The notes below the pieces were generated by a model. The model was not told the DNA's origin and did not search any database. It was given only the letters and a program-made list of their open reading frames with translations. Both the position numbers and the translations under genes were made by a program. A DNA stretch of 64,000 nt from IMG/VR virus record IMGVR_UViG_3300020463_003399, positions 25,561-89,560 of that record. One strand, given 5' to 3'. Source of the DNA: a virus. Position 1 is the stretch's first letter, and each line of letters opens with the position of its first letter. Of this stretch, positions 38,713-48,283 are shown piece after piece.

Positions 38713-39701
38713 AAAAACTACTAAGTGTTCTTACGTTAACCGTAATGTTTCCCATTATGGCGTTCGCAGGAACTGTAAAAATCGCTGAGTTAAATTGGCA
38801 ATCAGGTTCAATGTTAGCAAATATCGATGCTATTATCATTGAAAAAGGATACGGGCATGATGTAGAAATCATTCCTGGAGGAACAGAAGTAACTATTAAC
38901 AGTATGCTATCTAACAGTACACCAGATATTTTTAGTGAGGCATGGGTTAACTTACTAGGTGCAGAGGCAAATACTGCATTATCGTCAGGTACATTAGGAC
39001 TAGTTACTAAAGATATTATTGCTGGTGCAGGCGAAGGCTTTTATATTCCAAGTTATATCTTGGAAGCAAATCCAGAACTAACAAGTTTTGAAGCCGTTCT
39101 AGCAAGACCAGATTTATTTCCACACCCAGAAGATCCATCAAAAGGTGCAATGATGATTTGCCCAGGCGGTTGGTCTTGTCAAAATCAACATATCAATTTG
39201 TTTATTGCATTTGATATGGAAGCAAAAGGCTGGAAACTATTAGATCCAGGTTCAGGTGCAGGAATGGATTCTGCATGGCAAGGAGCAGTTGCTAAAGAAC
39301 AAGCATTGTTTGGTTACTATTGGTCACCAACTGCATTAGTAGGTTCTCTAGGTATTGTTAAACTTGCATGGGATACACCATATGCTGGTGATGATAACTG
39401 GCAGAATTGTATTGCTCAACCGGCTGACACATGTTCAGACCCATTAGCAACTGCAATGCCTGTTGCTGAAACAGGAACAGTTGTAGTACCTGAAAATCTT
39501 ACAACAGGTGTACTACTTTATCTTGCTAAAAGAAAGATGCCAGAAGGTGTAACAGAAACTATGCTAGTGTTTGGAACTGAAAATCAAGCATCGGCAGAAG
39601 ATATGGCTGTTGAGTTTTTACGTTCATACCCAGAAGTATGGGAAAGATGGGTATCATCAAAAGCCAAAGAAAATATTTGGGCAACAGTATTAGCTGACTA
39701 A
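38709..39701 (+). CDS. proX: Glycine betaine/proline-type ABC substrate-binding protein (ProX/OpuAC)
   Basis: Signal peptide; IAELNWQSG, CPGGWSC, GYYWSPT, PEVWERWV. Confidence 0.85.
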   Translation: MKKLLSVLTLTVMFPIMAFAGTVKIAELNWQSGSMLANIDAIIIEKGYGHDVEIIPGGTEVTINSMLSNSTPDIFSEAWVNLLGAEANTALSSGTLGLVTKDIIAGAGEGFYIPSYILEANPELTSFEAVLARPDLFPHPEDPSKGAMMICPGGWSCQNQHINLFIAFDMEAKGWKLLDPGSGAGMDSAWQGAVAKEQALFGYYWSPTALVGSLGIVKLAWDTPYAGDDNWQNCIAQPADTCSDPLATAMPVAETGTVVVPENLTTGVLLYLAKRKMPEGVTETMLVFGTENQASAEDMAVEFLRSYPEVWERWVSSKAKENIWATVLAD

Positions 39702-39710
39702 GGAAACAAC

Positions 39711-40586
39711 GTGTCAAACTTTCCGCAGTTAGACAAGAGTACTATTGTCGAAATAAAGAAAGCAATAGACACGGCTTTTCGTAATTTTGCGAGTAGTTGG
39801 GGAGAGACTCTTACAGATGTTCTCTCTCCAATTCACTGGTTACTAGTTTACCTAGAAAAACTTTTACTTTTTACTCCATGGTATTTGTTTCTATTGCTTG
39901 TTTCTATATTGATATGGTATGTATCTAGAAATTATAAATTAGTAATAGGTTCTATATTAAGTCTTATATGCATAGGATTACTAGGCATGTGGGACGATAC
40001 TATGAGAACACTAAGCATAATTGTTGTTGCTACAACGATTTGTGTTCTTATTGGTATTCCAATTGGCGTATTGATGTATTATAAAAAGAAAGCAGAGAAA
40101 GTTATAACTCCTGTTCTTGATTTAATGCAGACGATACCTAGTTTTGTATATCTAATTCCAGTAGTAATGTTATTTGGTCTTGGAAAGATTCCAGGACTAA
40201 TTGCTATATGTGTATTCTCTATACCTCCAGTAATTAGATTTACAAACCTAGGACTAAAAGAAGTAGACCATGAATTAACAGAATCGGCAGATGCATTGGG
40301 AATGAAATGGTATCAGAAGTTAATTACTATTGAATTGCCTTTAGCAAAGCCTACAATATTTGGTGGCATCAATCAAACAGTTATGATGTCATTAGCAATG
40401 GTTATCATTGCATCAATGATAGGAGTTAGAGGATTAGGTTCACAAGTAATGACAGCCGTAGGAAATGGTTACTTGGGATTAGGACTGATAAGTGGATTGA
40501 GTATAGTTGCATTAGCAATTATAATAGATAGAACGATACAAGAATATAACAAAAGAAAAGATTGGCGAAAGTATGATAGGTCTTGA
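39711..40586 (+). CDS. proW: Glycine betaine ABC permease (ProW)
   Basis: LDLMQTIPSFVYLIP, EAA-like loop ESADALG, GINQTVMMSLAMV. Confidence 0.9.
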   Translation: MSNFPQLDKSTIVEIKKAIDTAFRNFASSWGETLTDVLSPIHWLLVYLEKLLLFTPWYLFLLLVSILIWYVSRNYKLVIGSILSLICIGLLGMWDDTMRTLSIIVVATTICVLIGIPIGVLMYYKKKAEKVITPVLDLMQTIPSFVYLIPVVMLFGLGKIPGLIAICVFSIPPVIRFTNLGLKEVDHELTESADALGMKWYQKLITIELPLAKPTIFGGINQTVMMSLAMVIIASMIGVRGLGSQVMTAVGNGYLGLGLISGLSIVALAIIIDRTIQEYNKRKDWRKYDRS

Positions 40587-40611
40587 CATTTGTATCGAAA
40601 GGAAATATAAT
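40583..40611 (+). promoter_or_regulatory. Consensus sigma70 promoter
   Basis: TTGACA-N17-TATAAT. Confidence 0.8.
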
Positions 40612-40622
40612 TAAAGGAATAT

Positions 40623-42056
40623 ATGAGAGAAAACATGTCAGAAATAAAAGAATATAGTCCAGATTTACAAAAGCTATTTGTTCAGTTTATGATAACTGAT
40701 CCAGAACTTTATTCAAGAGTTCGTAGTATTGTACAGCCTAGTTACTTTGATAGAAGTATGAGAAAGGTTGTAGATGTATTAGTAAATCACAGTGAAGAAT
40801 ATTCAACAGTTCCTACTCCTGATATTATCAAAGCACAAACAGGACAAGACATAGAAAAACTAGATAACATCAATCAACATACAGATTGGTTTATTGATGA
40901 ATTTGAAACTTTCTGTAGACATAAAGCAATCGAAAAAGCAATCATTGATAGTGCAGACTTACTTGAAACAGGTAAGTATGGTGAAGTAGAAACAAGAATT
41001 AAAAGTGCAGTACAAATTGGACTAGCACGTTCTCTTGGTACTGATTACTTTGAAAATCCTAGAGCAAGACTTGAAAAATTAAAAGATAACAATGGTCAGA
41101 TATCAACAGGCTGGAAAGTGTTAGATGATAAACTCTATGGTGGTATCAATAGAGGTGAGATTACAATCTTTGCAGGTGGTTCTGGTGCAGGTAAATCTTT
41201 GTTCATGCAAAACATGAGTTTGAATTGGGCACAACTTGGAATGAATGTTGTATACTTTACTCTTGAACTTTCAGAAGAACTATCAAGTATGCGTATGGAT
41301 GCGATGCTTACAGATAGAAGTACAAAAAGAATTTTTAAAGAACTAGATGATGTAGAGTTAACAGTTAAAACAAAAGGTAAACAATCAGGAATGCTTAGAG
41401 TTAAGTATCTTCCTTCAGGTTCTACAGTAAATGATTTACGTTCATATATAAAAGAATTACAAATACAAACAGGCAAACGAATAGATTGTATGTGTGTTGA
41501 TTATCTTGATTTGTTAATGCCAGCAACTAAAAAAGTTTCTGCAGGAGACTTGTTTATTAAAGACAAGTATGTAACAGAAGAAATTCGTAACTTTGCAATG
41601 GAAACTGAAACTGTTTTGGTAACTGCGTCACAGTTAAACAGAAGTGCAGTAGAAGAAATTGAGTTTGACCATTCACATATCGCAGGTGGTATTTCAAAAA
41701 TTCAAACTGCGGATAATGTTATCGGTATCTTTACAAGTCAAGCAATGAGAGAACGTGGTCAGTATCAGTTACAATTACTTAAAACACGTTCATCAAGTGG
41801 TGTAGGAAGTAAAATTAATCTAGTATTTGATAGAGATAGTTTGAAAATTACAGACGATAATTCAGAAGGATTTGATGATGGCGATGGCGCACAACTTTCA
41901 AGTACATTAAACATTGTTGACCAACTTAAGAAAAAGACTACAATAACCGCAGAAAACGTACAAAAAATAGAACAATCAGAAGAACAAACCGATGTTGCAA
42001 AGAATCTAAGAGCAATGCTAAAGACCAAAACACGTTCTCCTTTTGATGAAAACTGA
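40623..42056 (+). CDS. Replicative helicase (gp41/DnaB-like)
   Basis: GGSGAGKS, TLELSE, VDYLDL, TASQLNR, KTR. Confidence 0.92.
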   Translation: MRENMSEIKEYSPDLQKLFVQFMITDPELYSRVRSIVQPSYFDRSMRKVVDVLVNHSEEYSTVPTPDIIKAQTGQDIEKLDNINQHTDWFIDEFETFCRHKAIEKAIIDSADLLETGKYGEVETRIKSAVQIGLARSLGTDYFENPRARLEKLKDNNGQISTGWKVLDDKLYGGINRGEITIFAGGSGAGKSLFMQNMSLNWAQLGMNVVYFTLELSEELSSMRMDAMLTDRSTKRIFKELDDVELTVKTKGKQSGMLRVKYLPSGSTVNDLRSYIKELQIQTGKRIDCMCVDYLDLLMPATKKVSAGDLFIKDKYVTEEIRNFAMETETVLVTASQLNRSAVEEIEFDHSHIAGGISKIQTADNVIGIFTSQAMRERGQYQLQLLKTRSSSGVGSKINLVFDRDSLKITDDNSEGFDDGDGAQLSSTLNIVDQLKKKTTITAENVQKIEQSEEQTDVAKNLRAMLKTKTRSPFDEN

Positions 42057-42083
42057 TAAATACAGTAGAACGGAGAAATACCC

Positions 42084-42332
42084 ATGGATAAACCACGTAA
42101 GAGTCTTTTTGAAGAATTAAACTCTCTTGCATATACAAATGAAAGAGAAAGATTCGTAGAACAAAAGGCTGAACATATTATTTCCGGTGCAATAAATCTA
42201 CTAGAATTCATTAATCGTGAGTTCGATGAAGAGGTTGCATCAGACTTATCTAAAAGATTAGTCAATAGTATACGTTCAAAAGATCCAAGAAAATTTCAAA
42301 GGGGTATAAAAAGTGTTAAGGTCAAGAAGTAA
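42084..42332 (+). CDS. Hypothetical late protein
   Basis: Late promoter at 42055; SD GGAG. Confidence 0.65.
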   Translation: MDKPRKSLFEELNSLAYTNERERFVEQKAEHIISGAINLLEFINREFDEEVASDLSKRLVNSIRSKDPRKFQRGIKSVKVKK

Positions 42333-42553
42333 TGGATTTAGAGCAACAACTAAAAAGATTAAAAGTTTTATCTGGTATATATAAGCCATATCAACCTGAG
42401 GAAACTCAGCAAGAAAATATATCTTATACTGGTACTGAAAAATCTCAACTTCAAAAGAAACATAATATACAACCTGGTACAGATGAATGGTTTAAATTAT
42501 GGTTTGCTAAGCCTTATCTAACTGGCGAAAGACCTTTTGGGGACAAAAAATGA
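42332..42553 (+). CDS. Hypothetical protein
   Basis: IQPGTDEWFKLWF; coupled to neighbours. Confidence 0.6.
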   Translation: MDLEQQLKRLKVLSGIYKPYQPEETQQENISYTGTEKSQLQKKHNIQPGTDEWFKLWFAKPYLTGERPFGDKK

Positions 42554-43899
42554 AGATAAGAGATATTATAGGCAAAGGCAGGGAACGAAGATTTAGAGGC
42601 CCAAGAAAGCCACGTTTGAAACAAATAGGCTTTCATAAAAAGATGAAAAGCCTGTTAGATGCAGAATTACAAGAAGAAGACAAGAATACACACTTAGACC
42701 ACGCAGAAGAACTTGTGTTTATACAAGGCTCAGAAGGTATAAAAAGAGTAGTAGGAACGTTTACTAAACTTCTTAATACACTAGATGGTCAAGGCGGAGG
42801 CGATGCTATCACTACAAAATGGGATGGGTCTCCAGCCGTATTTGCAGGAACTGATCCAGAAGATGGAAAATTCTTTGTGGGTACTAAAGGTGTGTTTGCT
42901 CAGAAGGCAAAATTAAATAAAACATCAGACGATATAGAAACAAATCACCCTGATACAACTAAGAATGATGAACCTGTAAGTAAAGAAGGTCTACGTAATA
43001 AATTAAACGTATCATTAGACAGTTTAAAAGACTTAGGTATTGATGGTGTCTTGCAAGGTGACTTACTTTTCACTAAAGGCGATTTGAAACAAGTTAATAT
43101 CGAAGGCAAATCTCATATAGCATTCAAACCAAATACAATTACGTATGTTGTACCAGCAGATAGTGAAACTGCAAAAGAAATGATGGCGGCTGATATTGGT
43201 ATTGTATTCCATACAAGTTATTCAGGTAATAGTATGGAAGAAATGAAAGCAACATTTGGATTTGATGCTAGTAAACTAAGACCATCTTCAAAAGTTTGGT
43301 TTACAGATGCAAGAATTAAAGATGTTACAGGTCAAGTACAGTTATCTAAAGAGAACAGTGCAAAGATACGTTCAGCAATTAAAGAATTAAGTTCAATGTC
43401 AGTTGATGCTAATACATTCAAAGCATTAAATCAAAAAATTGGAGGCATTGAACTAGTAGATGCAATTAAGGCACATGCAAATAAACCAATTCGTTCAGGT
43501 CAAGCACTAGAACAAGATTCAAATAAATTTGCACAAGACTTTTTAGTTGCATTAGAACAAAAATTTGACGATGCAGTTGCTAAATTAAAAACAGGACCAG
43601 AAGGTAAAGCAGGTCAGGCAAAATTAACGGCTAAATCACAAGTATCAGAAATTATAAATAACAATAAGAAGCAAATCGCTAATATGTACAAAGCATATCT
43701 AAAAACTGAGGCAATTAAGATGATGTTTCAGCAAAAGATGAGAAACATAAAAGCGATAGACAGTTTTATTGAGCAACCAGACGGTTCACTTAAAGTTACA
43801 GATCCAGAAGGCTTTGTAATTGTTGACCATATTGGTAGAGCAATGAAGATTGTCGATAGATTAGAATTCAGTGCGGCTAATTTCGCACCAAGAGATTAA
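42550..43899 (+). CDS. DUF6267-like protein with an RNA-ligase/nucleotidyltransferase-like core
   Basis: KNTHLDHAEE, TTKWDGSPA (KxDG), QGDLLF, EGFV, KIVDRLEFS. Confidence 0.7.
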   Translation: MKIRDIIGKGRERRFRGPRKPRLKQIGFHKKMKSLLDAELQEEDKNTHLDHAEELVFIQGSEGIKRVVGTFTKLLNTLDGQGGGDAITTKWDGSPAVFAGTDPEDGKFFVGTKGVFAQKAKLNKTSDDIETNHPDTTKNDEPVSKEGLRNKLNVSLDSLKDLGIDGVLQGDLLFTKGDLKQVNIEGKSHIAFKPNTITYVVPADSETAKEMMAADIGIVFHTSYSGNSMEEMKATFGFDASKLRPSSKVWFTDARIKDVTGQVQLSKENSAKIRSAIKELSSMSVDANTFKALNQKIGGIELVDAIKAHANKPIRSGQALEQDSNKFAQDFLVALEQKFDDAVAKLKTGPEGKAGQAKLTAKSQVSEIINNNKKQIANMYKAYLKTEAIKMMFQQKMRNIKAIDSFIEQPDGSLKVTDPEGFVIVDHIGRAMKIVDRLEFSAANFAPRD

Positions 43900-43910
43900 G
43901 AGTTAGAACA

Positions 43911-44111
43911 ATGTTTAGTAAGAAATGCAAATTACACTTAGAACAAGTAGGCGAGACACGTTGGCAACACTTTAAACATGCAATGTGGGTATCGTGGCAG
44001 TTAGAAAAGTCGGCTTATGCATGTGCAATTCATGCCTTTGCTCCTCGTTGGTTTTCATCATATGCAAGTGGTAAATGTAACGAAGTATTACAATCAAGGA
44101 ATACAAAATAA
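43911..44111 (+). CDS. DUF6356-like small protein
   Basis: HLEQVGETRWQHF...IHAFAP. Confidence 0.6.
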   Translation: MFSKKCKLHLEQVGETRWQHFKHAMWVSWQLEKSAYACAIHAFAPRWFSSYASGKCNEVLQSRNTK

Positions 44112-44899
44112 TGAAACAGTATAAACACGAAAGCGAATTAAAGTTAGTAAATCAATTAACAGAGAGTAGATTATTCAGAACAAAACAAACTATGAATGCT
44201 CTTAACGTAAGTGATGCTGGTGAACTTGCATTTGCTTATATTATGCAGTTAAACATGATGAACAAAGATTATGAATTTGCACCATTGGCAAAAGACTATG
44301 CTAATAGAACAATCGCATATAGAAATTTTGACTACTTTAGAACAAGCGGAACTGATTTATATGCAACACTGCATCGTTTAATGGGTAAGAAGATAGAATA
44401 TACAGATCCAAGAGACCAGATTGCTATTTCAAGAATTAATTTAAAGAAACAGGATTTGTTAAGATACATGCAACATATAGGTGCAGGCAAATCAGATTCA
44501 GGATTTGAACAAAGAATGCTATTAAGATTTCAACGTGATTTAAACGTACAAGATGGTATGTTAAAGTCAATGAGAAGACTTATAGGTGATTGGGATAATC
44601 TAAATCAAAATCAAAAAGCACTAGTTACTACTAGAATGATGCAATATACACGTTCAAAAGCTATGCGTAGTGAGTTAATGCCAGCGTTAAAGGCGTTCCA
44701 AAAGCGTGGAAACTACATATATAAAGACACTAAGACTACAAAAGGTATCGTAAAAGACATTTGGGACAAGCCAATCACTAAAATTGCCGCTTTTGGCGGT
44801 GCAATGGTAGCCGCAAACAAAGTAGGTAAGGCTTTAGGTAAGACTTCATATCAAACTGGTAGAGGATCAGGACCAAGATATAAGAAATCTGGTCGCTAA
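44111..44899 (+). CDS. Hypothetical virion protein
   Basis: LTE-SRLFR; FDYFRTSGTDLY. Confidence 0.55.
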   Translation: MKQYKHESELKLVNQLTESRLFRTKQTMNALNVSDAGELAFAYIMQLNMMNKDYEFAPLAKDYANRTIAYRNFDYFRTSGTDLYATLHRLMGKKIEYTDPRDQIAISRINLKKQDLLRYMQHIGAGKSDSGFEQRMLLRFQRDLNVQDGMLKSMRRLIGDWDNLNQNQKALVTTRMMQYTRSKAMRSELMPALKAFQKRGNYIYKDTKTTKGIVKDIWDKPITKIAAFGGAMVAANKVGKALGKTSYQTGRGSGPRYKKSGR

Positions 44900-44985
44900 T
44901 ATACCCAATTTTTTAACAAAAATGATAAATAAACGTATAGAGCAATACTTTTATAATGCTCAAGTAATTATTTAGGAGAACTAAA

Positions 44986-45249
44986 ATGGCAAAAGTACAT
45001 GAATCATATGATGCAGGTCAGTTTTTAACAGGTAACTTAAATCACTTTACAGTTACAAAAACTGGTATGGCATCTGGCGACATGAAAGCAATCGTAGAAA
45101 CAACTGGAACAAAAGCAACAGTTGTAATACTAGGTGCTATTGACGGTAACGATGTAAGAATTGCAGTAGAAAACAACGGCGCATGGGATGCCGCTGGTTT
45201 AGACGCGGCTCTAGGCGCTGACTTTACAGTAGCCGATTTCGCATACTAA
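44986..45249 (+). CDS. Small, probably abundant virion protein (decoration-like)
   Basis: Own late promoter, strong SD and terminator; paralogous to 45530. Confidence 0.55.
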   Translation: MAKVHESYDAGQFLTGNLNHFTVTKTGMASGDMKAIVETTGTKATVVILGAIDGNDVRIAVENNGAWDAAGLDAALGADFTVADFAY

Positions 45250-45293
45250 TTTACCCCCCTGGACGTTAGTCCAACCCACACTTTGCGTGTATT

Positions 45294-45322
45294 AAAAGAC
45301 CCTCTAACGAGGGTCTTTTTTT
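45294..45322 (+). terminator. Intrinsic terminator
   Basis: AAAAGACCCTC-TAAC-GAGGGTCTTTT followed by further Ts. Confidence 0.9.
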
Positions 45323-45350
45323 GGCTCCATATCCATATATAAATGATAAA

Positions 45351-45524
45351 TACATATAACTATTTGGAGAAATTAAATGGTAAAAATTAAATTAGACATA
45401 CCTAGTGAAGTAAAACTTGCGACTAGCTTTAAATATTCTTCTTTTAACCCTTTAAGGATTGTATTTGCTGGTAACAAACGACCAAAGAATCAAAGTAAGA
45501 GATACTTATAACTATTTGGAGAAA
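45351..45524 (+). repeat. 22-nt direct repeat TACWTATAACTATTTGGAGAAA (45351-45372, 45503-45524)
   Basis: 21/22 identity, read directly. Confidence 0.85.
45377..45511 (+). CDS. Unannotated 44-aa basic peptide MVKIKLDIPSEVKLATSFKYSSFNPLRIVFAGNKRPKNQSKRYL
   Basis: Late promoter at 45345; SD GGAG. Confidence 0.55.
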   Translation: MVKIKLDIPSEVKLATSFKYSSFNPLRIVFAGNKRPKNQSKRYL

Positions 45525-45529
45525 AGAAA

Positions 45530-45922
45530 ATGGCAAGAATACATGGAGCGGCATCGGCTGGTGAAAATTTATCAGGCAATATAAACTTCTACACTATGTA
45601 TGTAAGTGGTCTTGATATTACTACAACAGGAAACGTTGCAGACCAGACTCAACAAAACTTTGATGATGTTGTAAACATTATCAATCTTGTAGCACAGCCA
45701 ATCATAATGAATAACCCTATAGCAGTAACATTAAACGGACTAGCGCCATCATTAACAGGTGCAGGTTTCTTGTTTAAGTTTGCAGTAGAACATGGTAGGG
45801 TGTTCGAAAGAAACAATGATACAGTTTCTATTCTAAAAGAATTATTTGAAGGTATAACAATAGACGGTGTAACATTATCTATTCCAGCTAATACGGAATT
45901 TGTAATGTCCGATATACTATAA
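45530..45922 (+). CDS. Virion protein, paralog of 44986
   Basis: MARIHGAASAGENLSGNINFYT vs MAKVHESYDAGQFLTGNLNHFT. Confidence 0.55.
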   Translation: MARIHGAASAGENLSGNINFYTMYVSGLDITTTGNVADQTQQNFDDVVNIINLVAQPIIMNNPIAVTLNGLAPSLTGAGFLFKFAVEHGRVFERNNDTVSILKELFEGITIDGVTLSIPANTEFVMSDIL

Positions 45923-45935
45923 GGAAATATAAACA

Positions 45936-46184
45936 ATGCCTGATATTGAAACAAAACTAGCACAATTAGAAACAGAGAGTTTAGAAACTCATGTTGCAGT
46001 TGCACATGAAAGATTTAAAAATCTAGACACAAGCATTCATAGATTAGAAGGTCTTATTGAAAAGAATCAAGTTGAGACTAAAGAAGGTCTTTCTGAACTT
46101 AAGAAAATTATTATATGGGCTAGTTCAACATTATTTGCTACAATGCTATTAGCATTACTGACTTCCGTTTTTGGAGGTCTATAA
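45936..46184 (+). CDS. Coiled-coil protein with C-terminal TM helix
   Basis: Heptad pattern followed by a hydrophobic tail. Confidence 0.6.
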   Translation: MPDIETKLAQLETESLETHVAVAHERFKNLDTSIHRLEGLIEKNQVETKEGLSELKKIIIWASSTLFATMLLALLTSVFGGL

Positions 46185-46462
46185 TGCAAGTTGCAGAAGT
46201 ATATGATGATATCTTTGAGGCAAAATTAGTTTATGCACGTAAAGGTAAACAAATTGTACGTAAGTACAGATGTGGTAGCGGAAGACTAAAAGGTAAAACA
46301 GTTACTACACCAAGTGCGTGTTTTAAACCAGTTGATATTAAGAAAAGATTTACACTTGCAAGAACTAAAGCTAAAATGGGTGCAAGACTGGCAAGAAAGT
46401 CAAGAATGACTAAAAGAATGAACCCAGCAAGTAGACGATTAAAATCGTTAAATAGAAGATGA
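46184..46462 (+). CDS. Highly basic protein
   Basis: K/R-rich after an acidic leader ending IFE. Confidence 0.6.
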   Translation: MQVAEVYDDIFEAKLVYARKGKQIVRKYRCGSGRLKGKTVTTPSACFKPVDIKKRFTLARTKAKMGARLARKSRMTKRMNPASRRLKSLNRR

Positions 46463-46472
46463 GGATAATATT

Positions 46473-47381
46473 ATGGAAATTAAAAAACAATTAATAGATA
46501 ATATGAATGAAAGTTTCGATGATAAAGTTGCAGATATTTCCGATTTAGTTGGCGAGAAAGGTGAAGTTGTCAGAGACAGATTGAAAACTTTAAATTTCCG
46601 TGAATATATCGAATTATCAAAAGCAGTAAAACAAAACGATATGGAAGATGCAAGACGTATACTTGGTCTTGGTATCGAAGAAGCAGAAGAATATTCAGAC
46701 CAACAAATTAAGATGGCATTTGGAATTTTAAATGATCCAAGATACAAACAAGGCAACTACTCAGGTGCACATGCGGCTATTGAAAAAGTTGCAAAAGGAT
46801 TAGCAAGTCACCCAAGTGTAGCAAATGCACTTAGACGAGCAAACGAATCAGAAGAACAAATTGCAGAAGCAGAATATGAGTATGATGGTAAAGTTGCACA
46901 TATATCTCAAGATGAATTTAAAAAAGTACATAGTGATTTTAAAAATGATACACCAGGCGAAGAACGTATGGTTATTCTAGATCCTGAATCAGGTGCTACA
47001 ATTTCAGTACCAGTTAAGTTTATGAATGAAGACGAAGTACAAGAGTATAACACAGGCGGAACAATGTCACCCGGAGAAATGAGAGCCCAATCTGCAGGCG
47101 CACAACAGGCTCAACAACAACCAGGTCAAGAAATGAATCCACAAAATAAAACTAAAAAAGCACAAGCAATGATGCGTTTAGGTAAAAAGAATTTAGGTGG
47201 TGCAACTGCACAACAGGCCGCAGATGCATTAGATAAAGCAGGACAAGGTAAAGCACTTACACCAATTCAACGTAAGGCAATGGCTCAACAGGCGGCATCA
47301 GTTGACCAATTAGCGGCTGACCCAAAAACTGCAACACAGTTTAGAAATCTATTAAATAAACTAAACAATCAAGGAAAATAG
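46473..47381 (+). CDS. Modular probable internal head protein
   Basis: Modules bounded by MNE/IEE/ANE/IAE/VQE. Confidence 0.5.
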   Translation: MEIKKQLIDNMNESFDDKVADISDLVGEKGEVVRDRLKTLNFREYIELSKAVKQNDMEDARRILGLGIEEAEEYSDQQIKMAFGILNDPRYKQGNYSGAHAAIEKVAKGLASHPSVANALRRANESEEQIAEAEYEYDGKVAHISQDEFKKVHSDFKNDTPGEERMVILDPESGATISVPVKFMNEDEVQEYNTGGTMSPGEMRAQSAGAQQAQQQPGQEMNPQNKTKKAQAMMRLGKKNLGGATAQQAADALDKAGQGKALTPIQRKAMAQQAASVDQLAADPKTATQFRNLLNKLNNQGK

Positions 47382-47385
47382 TTTT

Positions 47386-47586
47386 ATGAGAGTAAGAGAA
47401 GTCTTAGGCGGAATTTATGTAATTATTACAGAAGAAGAAAATGAACTAGTTTCAAAATACTTCTCAGTAGATAATAAGTACGTGAGTGAAAGTCAATTAT
47501 CAGATAGGGAAACGATAGTAGCTGATAGATTGACACATAAAGGTGTTCTTATACCAACACTAAGAGGATATAAGACAGTTACATAG
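47386..47586 (+). CDS. Hypothetical protein
   Basis: ORF in the late operon. Confidence 0.55.
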   Translation: MRVREVLGGIYVIITEEENELVSKYFSVDNKYVSESQLSDRETIVADRLTHKGVLIPTLRGYKTVT

Positions 47587-47595
47587 GAGGACATT

Positions 47596-48222
47596 ATGAC
47601 GGCACCAACTAGAGCAGACGTAGGAGTGATGGCAAACATTCTTAAAGCTATGAAAGGCGATAAGACTAGCTTACGTGAATCTACAGAAGCTAATACTCAA
47701 GGCGGACAGGTAGATATATCACCTGGAGTAAAACAAGCTGATATCAAAGCAATGGAAAATATCATGAAAAATTTTTCCAGTGCTACATCAAACGTAGCTA
47801 AAAAGATTGCTACAACAATCAATGAATCCAAAAGAACTGAAAAAGGCGTACAAGTAGGATTTTACTCAGTAGATAAGAATTCTGATGAGGCACATGATAT
47901 TACGGATAGCAGAACAAATGATACTCTATTTGAAGGTATCCGTCTCTATGAAACTGCATATATCATAGTAAAACACTTAAATGAAGGTAAGAAAATCAAT
48001 TCAGAAGAGGTTACTAAGATAATTTCAGCAAATGCAGTCTTTGAAAAGTTCTATTATGATGCATTACAATTTAGAAATACATACAGGTCTGCTAAGAAAA
48101 GAGAAGATTTTGGTAGAATGGACATCTCAGAGGCTCGTTTCAGTAGAGCAAAATCAGAGGCCAACACTGCTAGAAAGCAAATTTTCGCTATATTTGAAAA
48201 AGTAGAATCCAAAAAATCATAG
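47596..48222 (+). CDS. Hypothetical protein
   Basis: SD GGAGG. Confidence 0.65.
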   Translation: MTAPTRADVGVMANILKAMKGDKTSLRESTEANTQGGQVDISPGVKQADIKAMENIMKNFSSATSNVAKKIATTINESKRTEKGVQVGFYSVDKNSDEAHDITDSRTNDTLFEGIRLYETAYIIVKHLNEGKKINSEEVTKIISANAVFEKFYYDALQFRNTYRSAKKREDFGRMDISEARFSRAKSEANTARKQIFAIFEKVESKKS

Positions 48223-48283
48223 AATTAATCTAAAAAGATAAATACATAATATAACTATATTATTATGTAATGGGGCAATAACC

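Noticed and set aside
8876-42056. Inteins or group I introns in terminase, nrdA/B, uvsX or helicases
   Set aside because: Proteins are of normal length with contiguous motifs
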